DNA of 64,000 nucleotides from a bacterium (GTDB taxonomy: Bacteria; UBA8248), in assembly GCA_965213625.1 (NCBI GenBank), contig CBDBZU010000004.1, forward strand, positions 608,001 to 672,000. Direction: 5' to 3'. Positions 1-9,493 of this stretch are shown here, in pieces. The notes under the pieces were generated by a model. It did no database searches. It had not been told where the DNA came from and saw only the letters and a program-made list of their open reading frames with translations. Made by a program: the position numbers and the translations under genes. The number at the start of each line of letters is the position of its first letter. The first letter of the stretch is position 1.

Positions 1-462
1 GCCACCCAAATCGCCGAGGTCGAAGTCGACACCGAGACAGGAGAAAGCAAGGTATTGAAAATCACCAGCGCGCAGGATGTGGGCTTCGCCATGAACCCCC
101 TCACCCTGAACGGACAGATTGAGGGTGGTATCGCCCAGGGACTGGGTTGGGCCCTCGCCGAGCAGATTCACCACGAAGGAGGCGTCATCGACCATGCGGA
201 TTTCGAAAGCCAACTCAATCCCACAAGTTTGGACGTCTCGGAAATTACAAGCGTGATTGTGGAATCACCCGATGTGGAAGGCCCCTATGGGGCCAAAGGG
301 GCGGGGGAGATGCCGCTCATTCCGGCTGCGCCCGCGATTGCGAACGCGATCGCAGACGCCATCGGGGACCCGGCCAACCCGAACCTCAACAAGCTGCCGA
401 TTGCGCCGGAGGACATCGTTCGTGCGGTTCACGAAAAAAGCGCTGCCGTACCGGTTTCCTAG
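1..462 (+). CDS. Xanthine dehydrogenase/CoxL-family molybdopterin-binding subunit, C-terminal part (5' truncated by window edge)
   Basis: Frame open from base 1 (ATQIAEVEVDTETGESKVLK); motifs DVGFAMNP, GQIEGGIAQGLG, GPYGAKGAGE..IPAAPAIANAI typical of the Mo-hydroxylase large-subunit C-terminus. Confidence 0.9.
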   Translation, partial: ATQIAEVEVDTETGESKVLKITSAQDVGFAMNPLTLNGQIEGGIAQGLGWALAEQIHHEGGVIDHADFESQLNPTSLDVSEITSVIVESPDVEGPYGAKGAGEMPLIPAAPAIANAIADAIGDPANPNLNKLPIAPEDIVRAVHEKSAAVPVS

Positions 463-1745
463 TTTTTCAGTTCGAATTTCTCATCGTAAATATCAAAACT
501 CGATGACGCCGCGATGTCCCGTGCCTGCATGATCAATTTGCGTGACAAGCTTGAAATATCTGGATTTCTGAGGAACTCGACAAAGAAATTATGGTAAAAG
601 GCGTCGGGCCGCACGTGAACGCGCACCCGGAGTCTGGCGACATCCTCTCTTCGACCTCTCCTGTATCGAAACGTGATGGATTTTTGAGGAGGAATGCGCG
701 TGTCATGGATTTCACGGCTGAAATCTGTCGAGAGTTTCCGCCCGATTACGTTGATTTGCCTGGAACCCGGTATTGTTCGTCCACCCTTATCCTCGAGTTC
801 AGTGATAACTTCCACGGTAGGCGTAATATAAGTGGGAAAATAATGACCGGCTCCCGAGTTCGTAAGCTTTATCTCGGCCATCACGATTTCCCCCTGTGCT
901 TCTACTCCCGAAGTAACGTCGATTTGCACGGCGCCCTGGGTCATATCCTTGTCATGTATGCCCCGCCACAAATGCGCACGCCCAGGCATATGGCAATTCT
1001 GGCAAGTGACGCCCTCCTCGCCCCAAAGTGAGTCTTTCCACTCGTTATACGTATTCTGAATCGATTTCCCATTCGGGCCGGGAAATGTGTGCTGGTGACA
1101 ACCCATGCAAAATTCAGCGCGGCTGAAAAAAGGCGTGCGCTCCACACCGGCGTGCGGACCACTCTTCGTCGTGTCGTTCACCTCCTCGGGTGTTTCTATC
1201 TTCGATGGACCATACACACGCCAATCGCGTACATGGCATGCTGTGCAGGCCAGTCCATGCATCTCCAACTTTTGGTCGTGAACCGCATTTTTCCGCCAGT
1301 TCGTAATTAGGCCCGCCCCCTGCTTCGCACGCTTCTGCTGTTCCGCCAAAGGCGCATGGCACTCGTTGCAGCTTTGCGCTTCCTCGGGATTCGTCTTCCA
1401 CATGTCGACGAGCTGCCCGTATACGCCCGGACTCATCGCTTTGGCGTGAAGCGTGGTCTTCCACTGTTTGTACTGCTCGGGATGACAGCTCCCGCAACTC
1501 TCCGGCAAAAGGGAGCGTTCAGCGCCTTTGTATGATTTCGGCGCCTCGCCCATGGGAGGAATAGGATAGCGGAAGTGTTCGTTCACGAAATCCCGCCAAC
1601 GCTTCCATTTGCCGGGAATCTCATTTTTTTCAGTAGCTTCGATGGAGGGGAAGAAGCCTTTAGATAATTTCGGGAAAACAGTCGGAAACGCGAAAAGTAG
1701 CATAGATAATACGATAACCATGAATTTCAAGCGCATTTCAGACAT
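459..1745 (-). CDS. Exported or membrane-anchored pentaheme c-type cytochrome (c554/c552-like heme arrangement)
   Basis: Five CxxCH motifs (CGSCH, CNECH, CTACH, CMGCH, CQNCH); hydrophobic N-terminus; W..T.HA after heme 1; TYNEW, CHMP and NSGAGHYFPT motifs. Confidence 0.85.
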   Translation of the reverse strand: MSEMRLKFMVIVLSMLLFAFPTVFPKLSKGFFPSIEATEKNEIPGKWKRWRDFVNEHFRYPIPPMGEAPKSYKGAERSLLPESCGSCHPEQYKQWKTTLHAKAMSPGVYGQLVDMWKTNPEEAQSCNECHAPLAEQQKRAKQGAGLITNWRKNAVHDQKLEMHGLACTACHVRDWRVYGPSKIETPEEVNDTTKSGPHAGVERTPFFSRAEFCMGCHQHTFPGPNGKSIQNTYNEWKDSLWGEEGVTCQNCHMPGRAHLWRGIHDKDMTQGAVQIDVTSGVEAQGEIVMAEIKLTNSGAGHYFPTYITPTVEVITELEDKGGRTIPGSRQINVIGRKLSTDFSREIHDTRIPPQKSITFRYRRGRREDVARLRVRVHVRPDAFYHNFFVEFLRNPDISSLSRKLIMQARDIAASSSFDIYDEKFELKN

Positions 1746-2023
1746 CCTGCTCCGGCGGCCCGACTGTCTATCCTGTGAGCTTTCACCCTACAACACTCGT
1801 GCGGGCAAGTTATTGAAAAACCGAGAAGTTGTAGCGCTGCCCCACGCCCGTATGCATTGTGAGCTTAAAGCCCTTTTTTTCTCAACAGGCGTATTTCTAT
1901 ACAAAGTTCATGGCTCAAAATTGGGAAGTGACATCTCCCGGAATGGTTTTACTTGCTTGAGCGGATTGTATAGGTTGTCTGCCGGAATCATTAACACCCA
2001 TACCCATCTAATCGGGAGTAAAA

Positions 2024-2476
2024 ATGAATTTCGCCATTCGACCCGCCACTCTTCATGACGCAGAGAAAATCGTCCAATTCAACATCGAGATGGCCCTGGA
2101 GAGTGAAAACCTGCGCCTCGAGCCCGAGAAAGTCCGCCAGGGCGTGCAGAAATCGCTCTCCGATTCGTCGATGGGTCGATTTTATCTCGCGCACCGGGGC
2201 GATGAGATTTTAGGGCAAATCCGGGTCACCCTGGAGTGGAGCGACTGGAACAACGGTAATTACTGGTGGATCCAGAATGTTTACGTCATTCCTTCGGCGA
2301 GGAACCAGGGCGTCTACAGGGCCTTGCACCACCACGTCAAAAATCTCGCCGAACAAGCCGGCGCCTGCAGCCTCCAGCTATACGTCGACGTTCAAAACAC
2401 GGCGGCCCAGGCGGTTTACAAGAAGCTGAACATGGAGCAAAGCCATTACCTGATTTTCGAGCAGGTGGAAGGCTAG
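2024..2476 (+). CDS. GNAT-family N-acetyltransferase
   Basis: IRPAT..D N-terminus; WIQNVYV.P.ARNQGVYRAL acetyl-CoA motif A; LYV...N.AAQAVYKKL; GGGAG RBS upstream. Confidence 0.9.
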   Translation: MNFAIRPATLHDAEKIVQFNIEMALESENLRLEPEKVRQGVQKSLSDSSMGRFYLAHRGDEILGQIRVTLEWSDWNNGNYWWIQNVYVIPSARNQGVYRALHHHVKNLAEQAGACSLQLYVDVQNTAAQAVYKKLNMEQSHYLIFEQVEG

Positions 2477-2518
2477 CCGGGAGGGGGGGGAGAACACGCT
2501 CTCAATCGCGTCTGGAGA

Positions 2519-3055
2519 TTACCCGCCCTCGCGATTTCTCTTGAGCGGGATGACATCCGCAGGCCTTTGCGCATCATCCCGTCGGCGTCCCCGCCAGTTG
2601 GAAGGCCAGATATAGCGCACGCGCCACAGGGTTCTGGCCGCTCCTCCCACCGCCCACGTGAGCGTGCCGCTAGCTGCGCGCGTTCTTTTCCCCAGCGAGC
2701 GAAACACTTTTTTGCCGCCTTCCTCGCCAATGGAGACGAGGCGCGACGTCGCCTCTCTCGCCGCGTCGATGGGCCGGAGGGCCTGCGCGATCACCTGGCG
2801 CAAAACCCACTTCATCATCAGGCAGAATACGAAGGAGAGCGCGAAAAAGACACCCAGCACCTGGAGGCCGCGGGCGGGCTCATCCACTATCATCACGCTC
2901 ATCTGGGCGATGCCGTAAAAAGCCAGGCCAATCATTCCCAGGCAAACGGCGATAGCGCCTCCTGAACGCACTATCAAGCGCAACATGCCGAACATCATCG
3001 TCTCCGAATGTCTTTCGGTGCCGGAAAACGCTTCTGATTCATCGAGAATACCCAT
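2519..3055 (-). CDS. Hypothetical membrane protein (two predicted TM helices, basic C-terminal tail)
   Basis: 178-aa ORF with two hydrophobic stretches; fills the gap between the GNAT gene and serS. Confidence 0.55.
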   Translation of the reverse strand: MGILDESEAFSGTERHSETMMFGMLRLIVRSGGAIAVCLGMIGLAFYGIAQMSVMIVDEPARGLQVLGVFFALSFVFCLMMKWVLRQVIAQALRPIDAAREATSRLVSIGEEGGKKVFRSLGKRTRAASGTLTWAVGGAARTLWRVRYIWPSNWRGRRRDDAQRPADVIPLKRNREGG

Positions 3056-3173
3056 TTACGCAACCAAAAGCCAGCGCGGGCGTTTCATATCCTACGCGTG
3101 TTTCCATTGACGCGCGAAACCTCTCGTTTTATGTTCACTACCCCATAACGAAACAGCATGGAGGAGCAGCAAA

Positions 3174-4457
3174 TTGTTCGACATTCGCCTCATCAGAAAC
3201 GACCCCGAAGCGGTGGCGCGCGCGCTCGCGCGAAGGGGCGGCGATTGGGACCTCTCGGGCTTACTGGAAATCGACGCCCGCAGGCGGGATTTGACCCACC
3301 AGGTCGAGAGCCGGGTGGCCGACGTGAGGAAGCGCAGCAAGCGAATCGGCGAACTCAAGCGCAACAAGGCGTCCGATGAGGAGGTGCAGGCGTTTCTGGC
3401 CGAGAACCAGCGCTTGACGGCCGAGGCGAAATCCATGGAGGGCGAACTGAGGGAACTCGAGCAAAAACAAAACGATGCGCTCCTCGAACTCCCCAACGCG
3501 CCTCATGAAACCACCCCCGAGGGCCAGTCTGCCGAGGAGAACGCCCTCGTGCGGGTCTGGGGCGAGAAGCCGGCGTTTGACTTTGAACCCAAAGCGCACG
3601 ACGAGCTGGGTGAAGCCTTAGGGATTCTCGACATGAAGCGCGCCGCCAAGATAGCGGGCGCGCGGTTTGCGCTCTACCGGGGCGCGGGCGCGCAGATGGA
3701 GCGCGCCCTCATCAACTTCATGCTCGATCTGCACACGAACGAGCACGGCTACACCGAGTGGCTCCCGCCCTTCATGGTGAACCCCGAGGCCATGACGGGC
3801 ACGGGCCAGCTGCCCAAGTTCGAGGAAGACCTCTTCCGCGTAAACGACGGAAAATACTACCTTATCCCCACCGCCGAGGTGCCCGTCACGAACATCCACC
3901 GGGAGGAAATCCTGGATGGCGGGGACTTGCCCCTGAAGTACACGGCCTATACCCCCTGCTTCAGGAGCGAGGCCGGTTCCTACGGCCAGGACACGCGCGG
4001 CCTCATCCGCCAGCACCAGTTCAACAAGGTGGAGCTCGTCAAGTTCAGCCGCCCCGAGACGAGCTACGAGGAACTCGAGAGCTTAACCTTGGACGCCGAG
4101 AAAGTGTTGAAACTACTTGGGTTGCACTACCGCGTCGTCACGCTGTGCGCGGGAGATCTGGGCTTTTCCGCCACCAAGACGTACGACATCGAGGTCTGGG
4201 TGCCGTCCCAGAACACCTACCGGGAGATATCCTCGTGCAGCAATTTCGAGGATTTCCAGGCGCGCCGCGCGGGCATCCGCTACCGGCCCGGTGCGGGGGA
4301 TAAACCACTGTTCTTACACACGTTAAACGGCTCTGGTCTCGCGGTGGGGCGCACGCTCGTGGCGATTCTGGAGAACTGCCAGCGCGCGGACGGAAGCGTT
4401 GCGATTCCCGAAGCCTTGCGTCCCTACATGGGCGGAGCGGCCTCTATTCCGGCCTGA
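3174..4457 (+). CDS. serS: Seryl-tRNA synthetase
   Basis: N-terminal coiled coil; [54 protein letters not shown] motifs; TTG start after GGAGGAG RBS. Confidence 0.98.
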   Translation: MFDIRLIRNDPEAVARALARRGGDWDLSGLLEIDARRRDLTHQVESRVADVRKRSKRIGELKRNKASDEEVQAFLAENQRLTAEAKSMEGELRELEQKQNDALLELPNAPHETTPEGQSAEENALVRVWGEKPAFDFEPKAHDELGEALGILDMKRAAKIAGARFALYRGAGAQMERALINFMLDLHTNEHGYTEWLPPFMVNPEAMTGTGQLPKFEEDLFRVNDGKYYLIPTAEVPVTNIHREEILDGGDLPLKYTAYTPCFRSEAGSYGQDTRGLIRQHQFNKVELVKFSRPETSYEELESLTLDAEKVLKLLGLHYRVVTLCAGDLGFSATKTYDIEVWVPSQNTYREISSCSNFEDFQARRAGIRYRPGAGDKPLFLHTLNGSGLAVGRTLVAILENCQRADGSVAIPEALRPYMGGAASIPA

Positions 4458-4939
4458 AAGCCGCGCAACTCCCCGCATTTGCCGTCAGCGCATATGTAGC
4501 GGATCGTGGCAGAATTCCCCTGCGCCGCACTTCCGCGGCGTCATTTCTCAAAGAATTTAATTGTCTGAAATTTATCGATATACCCCGTGAATTTATCGAT
4601 ATTTATCGTATTTTTCAGAAAATATAATTATTTTCATTCCTTCTCATCCTGTGTCGAATTCACTTGAAGTCCTTCCTATCCCGAGACGGGTTCTGCTCTG
4701 TGCCGAAGAAAAATCAACAACGGCAATTGCGGGCAAATGCGCGGCCAGTCCGAATCTGCAAGAATCGAAGCCTTACATACTGATGCGCCTCCCCCTTCCT
4801 CTTGTCTACGGTCTGCCGCCCGGGCCGCCGATAAAGCAGAGGCCGTCCTATGCCAATTCCCGTCCACCTCGTTACCCCGCAGGCGAAGAAATGCTACTAT
4901 CCGTCCACGGAATTGGAACAGAGCCGGTCGAGGGAAACG

Positions 4940-5635
4940 ATGAAGAATTCAGGCCTCTATCGAACCTACAAGTACTGTCGATACAACCTGCTGCGCTGGC
5001 TGCCGGGGAATTGGGGGCGCTATTACCAACGCAAGTTTCGGGGTCTATATGCCAAGGTGGAATTTGACGAGGCGCTCCGCCGCTCCGAAGGCAAGACGTG
5101 CATCGATCTGGGCGCCAACATCGGCATTTACACCAGAAAGATGGCGCTTCAGGCCAAACGGGTCATCGCATTCGAACCGGACCCGTGGGCCTGCGTGGAG
5201 CTTCGCGCGGGTGTTGCGGATCTCGACAACGTCACGATTGTGAACGCGGCGGCGGGCGCGTGCGAGAAAAGAATACTTCTCTACCGGCACCCCCGCTTCG
5301 AGAACGATCCAGCCTTGTATTCGATATCGAGTTCGCTGCTCGTCACCAAGCGGGATTTCACAAAAGAAAACGCCGTCGAGGTCAGGCAGATAGACTTTAT
5401 CCGTTATCTCGAAGGTCTCAATGAAGATATCGGGATACTGAAAATCGACATCGAAGGCGCCGAGGTCGAACTGCTCGAATACTTGTTCGACCGACCGGAC
5501 GTCCTGGCGTGCATTGACAATATCTTTGTGGAAACGCACGAAAAAAGGATCCCTGCTCACAAGCAGCGGATCAACACCCTCTACGAAAAAGCCCGAAGTA
5601 TCGAACGGCCTTGCATCAACCTCTCCTGGCATTAA
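4940..5635 (+). CDS. FkbM-family SAM-dependent methyltransferase
   Basis: IDLGANIG, VIAFEPDP, LKIDIEGAE motifs; probable start ATG 4940 (ORF track starts at 4850). Confidence 0.88.
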   Translation: MKNSGLYRTYKYCRYNLLRWLPGNWGRYYQRKFRGLYAKVEFDEALRRSEGKTCIDLGANIGIYTRKMALQAKRVIAFEPDPWACVELRAGVADLDNVTIVNAAAGACEKRILLYRHPRFENDPALYSISSSLLVTKRDFTKENAVEVRQIDFIRYLEGLNEDIGILKIDIEGAEVELLEYLFDRPDVLACIDNIFVETHEKRIPAHKQRINTLYEKARSIERPCINLSWH

Positions 5636-5673
5636 GCAGTCGGGAAGAGCGCCAGTGGAGGAAATACGCATTT

Positions 5674-5812
5674 GTAGGGGTTGCATATATGCAACCCTGC
5701 TTTTTTCGCCTCCCAACCACGGGCCACTTGCATGCAATGGTCGATCCCGAGCTGGGGTTGTCCCCTACAAACCTAACGTAGGGGGCAGGTCGCGCTACCG
5801 ATACGTCTCCAC
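5674..5812. repeat. Cluster of degenerate GTAG-type REP palindromes; the first hairpin also looks like an intrinsic terminator
   Basis: gtaggggttgcatatatgcaaccctgc (5674-5700) followed by tttttt; gtagggggcaggtcgcg (5778-5794) resembles the 28-bp REP at 18470 and 22192. Confidence 0.55.
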
Positions 5813-5991
5813 GCCACCCACCGCTTCTATCCCCCTCGTTACCCCATCGACGAAGAAATGCTAATATCCGCCCACGAAAAGGAATGGAATTGACTGACCT
5901 GAAGCGAAAAATGTGTTTTGCCGGATTCCATGCGGAACCTGCGAACAAACCGAAACAAAGGGGTGAAACGGTGGATATTGCGCCGCTTGCC

Positions 5992-6768
5992 ATGAAGTGC
6001 ATCGTCATCAACCTGCCTCGCGCAGAAGCCCGGCGAGATGCGATGCGCAGGCAGTTCGAGGCACTCGGCATCGAGTTCGAAATTTTCGACGCCACGGACT
6101 GGCGCGATTTGAATGAGGAAGACTGGGCCCTCGTGGACAGGAAATCCCGTGATCGAGAGGGCCGCCGCCCGCTTTCGGACGGCATGATCGCCTGCCACTT
6201 GAGCCATAGAAAGGCGCTGGGAAGCGTCGCGGAGGGGGAGGATGAACTGGCCGCCGTCTTCGAGGACGACGTAACGCTCGCGCCTGAAATTGTAGGCGCG
6301 CTCGATGCGCTTAAGCGGCTCTACACCTCGGGCTGGGAGTTCGACTTTGTTTTTCTGCATCGGCACAGCAAGGGCAAACCCTTTATGCCGCTCAAGAGGT
6401 TGGATGAGAGGGTCCGGTTGGGGATCACGAAGTTTTCTGACTGGGGGACGCAGAGTTACGTCGTTTCGAAAAAAGGGGCGAGCCGACTTCTGGAGCGCTT
6501 CCCGAAAATAGTAAACCGCACCGATCACACGCTGCATGCTTACTGGGAAAACAGGTTGAACGTCTTCTCCTTGGAAACGCCCGTCGTTTTTGATGGAAAC
6601 GAGGCGGGCGGCCATTCTTTCCTTCAGGAGGCGAAGGATTCCCGACCGAGCCGGAATTTCTCGAAAATAGGGCACCGAGTACTCAGTAATCTCAGAGAAG
6701 AGGTGCTCAAGCGCGTATACTTTTATCTCAAGGTGCGGAGCGCAAAGGGTGCCGGCGATTCAGGGTAA
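5992..6768 (+). CDS. Glycosyltransferase family 25 (Lex2B/Lic2A-like)
   Basis: VINL.RAEARR, IAC.LSH, AVFEDDV, GTQSYVVSKKGA motifs; start probably ATG 5992 or GTG 5971. Confidence 0.88.
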   Translation: MKCIVINLPRAEARRDAMRRQFEALGIEFEIFDATDWRDLNEEDWALVDRKSRDREGRRPLSDGMIACHLSHRKALGSVAEGEDELAAVFEDDVTLAPEIVGALDALKRLYTSGWEFDFVFLHRHSKGKPFMPLKRLDERVRLGITKFSDWGTQSYVVSKKGASRLLERFPKIVNRTDHTLHAYWENRLNVFSLETPVVFDGNEAGGHSFLQEAKDSRPSRNFSKIGHRVLSNLREEVLKRVYFYLKVRSAKGAGDSG

Positions 6769-6981
6769 GCAGAGGCGAGACGGCGCGAACTAAGACACTG
6801 AAATGACGTTTAGCGGCTCTTAAAAAGATCGTTGCTCATTGTCAGGAAAGAATTGTAAAAAACAAATCTAACCAGTCCCTGTGAATTACCGACAGCAGCC
6901 TCTTTGGTGATTAAGGAGAACTTGCGTCAATATCGTCCGGCGGATGAGTAAAGACATCCGCCACCACGAGGGGACCCGACC

Positions 6982-7764
6982 ATGAAGCTGTTCGTCGTCA
7001 ATCTCGCCAGGGCCAAGGAGCGCCGCCGCCGGATGGAAGATCAGTTCGCGTCATTGGACCTGGAAGCGACGTTTCACCCCGCAGTTGAAGCTAAAGAACT
7101 CACCCGCGAGCAATACGCACAGGTCGACAGGGAAACCAGGCGGCGGCTGGGACTCTGGCCCCAGGCGGACGGCTCCATCGCCAACTGGATAAGCCAGCGC
7201 CAGGTGATGGCGGAAATCGTGGAGAACGGCCCCGAAACCGCGGCTATCTTCGAGGACGACGCCGGGTTGTCGTCGGACCTTCCCAAGGTGCTCGACGCCT
7301 TGGAGCGCAGGCCCTTCGCCTTCGACGTCGTGAAGCTGAACCGGCGCTCGAACAGGACCTTCATCCCCTCCGAGCGCCTCGATACGGGACACCGGGTCGG
7401 CCGCGTTCGCTATTCCGACTACGGCAGCGAAGGCTACGTCATCACGCGCGAGGCGGCCCACCATTTTCTCGAGAACACGCCCATGATGATGCGCGAAATC
7501 GACCAGGCGCTATCCCGTTTCTGGGAGAACAGGCTGAACGTGTTCTACGTCGACCCGCCCGTCGTCTCGCACGACGAGCAGGATGATTCACAGATCGAAC
7601 GCGACCGCAGACTCGCGCGAAAAAAACACATGCGCGCCGACGGCGTAGTGTACGTAACGTGGCGTCGCGCAATAAGCGCCATCGTGCGCGAGGCGCAGCG
7701 ACGCATCGCTTTCCGACGCTTGATGCGCGGGGAAATCGGCGTCACCCCGCCGCCCCCGGAATAA
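6982..7764 (+). CDS. Glycosyltransferase family 25, paralog of the preceding gene
   Basis: VVNLARAKERR, AIFEDDA, GSEGYVITREAA; shares WENRLNVF with the upstream GT25. Confidence 0.88.
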   Translation: MKLFVVNLARAKERRRRMEDQFASLDLEATFHPAVEAKELTREQYAQVDRETRRRLGLWPQADGSIANWISQRQVMAEIVENGPETAAIFEDDAGLSSDLPKVLDALERRPFAFDVVKLNRRSNRTFIPSERLDTGHRVGRVRYSDYGSEGYVITREAAHHFLENTPMMMREIDQALSRFWENRLNVFYVDPPVVSHDEQDDSQIERDRRLARKKHMRADGVVYVTWRRAISAIVREAQRRIAFRRLMRGEIGVTPPPPE

Positions 7765-7794
7765 TTGACATCAGAACGAATTCTCCTTCATAAT
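7765..7794 (+). promoter_or_regulatory. Putative sigma70 promoter of the UGSC selenoprotein operon
   Basis: TTGACA (7765-7770), 18-nt spacer, CATAAT (7789-7794), about 85 nt upstream of ATG 7880. Confidence 0.55.
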
Positions 7795-7879
7795 TGATTC
7801 ATCTAAGCAGATTTAAAGACCGCGGCTAAACCCTATGGCGCGGAGTGTGTGTTCCCCGTTGAATGGAAGGAGTTCGGGT

Positions 7880-9490
7880 ATGGACGCAACCGGTCGAATC
7901 GAAATCATTAATCCTATCGCTGCCGTAGCGCAAGATGACGGACCCGCCGAAGGGGCCGCCGTAGAGGGCCTGGACGGGCTCCGTATCGCTCTCCTCGACA
8001 ACAACATGCCCCACGCGGGCGACTTTCTGAGCCACGTCGGCGAAGTTTTCGCCGAACGCCACGACGCGAAGCTGCTCGTGCGCAAGAAGGGCTGGGCCGC
8101 CCAGGGCGCCGGGCAGGAGACGCTGGATGAGATCGCGTCCAACTGCGACGTGGCGGTAACCGGCTTCGGGGTCTGAGGGGGCTGCACGTCGTGGAGTGTC
8201 CACGACTCGGCAGAGCTTGAAAAACGCGGCGTCCCCACCGTCGTGGTGGTGGGCAACGGGTTCGAGACGGCGGCGCGCAGCTTCGCCAAGGCCTACAAAT
8301 CCCCCCATCTTCGGCTTCTCCTCGTCGATGACACCGTGGCCCACCAGGGCGGCGACGCCCTGTTGCGAATCGCGCAAAACGGCGTGGAATCGGTGGCCGC
8401 CGAGTGGATGAACACGGCGAACGGGGAAGCCGATGCGGTCGCCGAAGAGGACCCCATCGAGCGAATCCTCATGATCGCGGGAGACCCCATCGGCGCAAAC
8501 GGGGCGCTCTTCGATCTGGGCGCGACGGACGGGCTTCCCGTCATCCCCCCCACCCTGGAAATGGTGGAGCGGTTCGTCGAGGCCTCGGGCAGGAAGGGCA
8601 ATGAAGTAATCGCCCGCCTCATGCCGAGGCTGGCGGACATCACCGTGGAGCGTATCGCCGCCAACGCAATCATGGCGGGCTGCAATCCGGGCGCCATGCC
8701 CATCCTCATTACGGCGGTGCAGGCCATGGGAGCGGAGGAGTACCACGTCAACCACGTCATTACTACGGCGCACACGCTTTTCCCCATCGTCGTGGTGAGC
8801 GGCCCCATCGCTAAAGAGATCGGGATGAGCGACGGACGCGACTTGAGCGCGCAGGGCTGGGGGGTGAACGCCTCGGTCGGCCGCGCCGTCAAGCTCATCA
8901 TGTTCAACTGCATCGGCGACCTCGGAAACCGGGGCGCCACCTGCCAGGGTCATTTCGCAAAGTATTTCGACGCCATCACCGAGAACGTTGAGCAGAGCCC
9001 CTGGGAGCCGCTCCACGTCGAGCAGGGTTTTTCAGAATCCGACAGCGTGGTGACGGTGTTCACCGCGGAACCCCTCCACATGGTGGACGACCACAGCGCG
9101 CTCACCGCGCAGGGCATCCTCGGCACCTTCGGAACAGTGGCCGCCTGCTCGGGTACCCGGCCGCAGTTCGGCCGCTGCGAGATCATGCTCATCTTCGGTC
9201 CCACCCACGCGAACAAGGTCGCCGAAGCCGGGTTCGACAAGAAGCTCGTGCGCGATTACCTCTATGAGGTTCACCGGATTCCGGTCCATACCTACCCCCC
9301 CGAGTCACGGGAGCGCTGGAGCGACTGGAAGCAGATGCTCTACGGGGTGAACACGATGGAGGGAGCGACGATGCCCTTTGTCGAGGACAAGGACGACATC
9401 ACCATTCTGGTGCACGGTGGCGCGGGGCCGAACTCGCTCCTGGCGCCCGGCGCGCTGAACCACCGCTCCGTAACGCGGAAGATTGACTAG
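7880..9490 (+). CDS. Selenoprotein, UGSC-family N-terminal domain (Sec99 in U-G-G-C) fused to an uncharacterised 'TDGLPVIPPT' domain; 536 aa by UGA readthrough
   Basis: ORFs 7835..8176 and 8243..9490 are in the same frame, separated only by TGA 8174-8176; readthrough gives DVAVTGFGV-U-GGCTSWSVHDSAELEKRGVPTV; SECIS-like hairpin immediately 3'; GGAG RBS before ATG 7880 and none before 8243. Confidence 0.85.
8182..8213 (+). promoter_or_regulatory. Bacterial SECIS-like stem-loop
   Basis: Perfect 8-bp upper stem GTCGTGGA (8188-8195)/TCCACGAC (8199-8206) with a G-starting GTG loop 19 nt after the UGA; lower stem CTGC (8182-8185)/GCAG (8210-8213). Confidence 0.72.
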
Positions 9491-9493
9491 GCC

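Noticed and set aside
3174-4457. serS as part of a selenocysteine locus
   Set aside because: SerRS does charge tRNA-Sec, but it is a housekeeping gene three genes away, and no selA, selB, selC or selD is visible here.
4458-4850. Possible tRNA or integration site after serS
   Set aside because: No cloverleaf, T-loop GTTC motif in tRNA context, or integrase found.
7835-8176. Stand-alone 113-aa ORF plus separate 415-aa ORF (8243..9490)
   Set aside because: Better explained as one gene with UGA-Sec readthrough: same frame, U-x-x-C motif, SECIS-like hairpin, no RBS at 8243.
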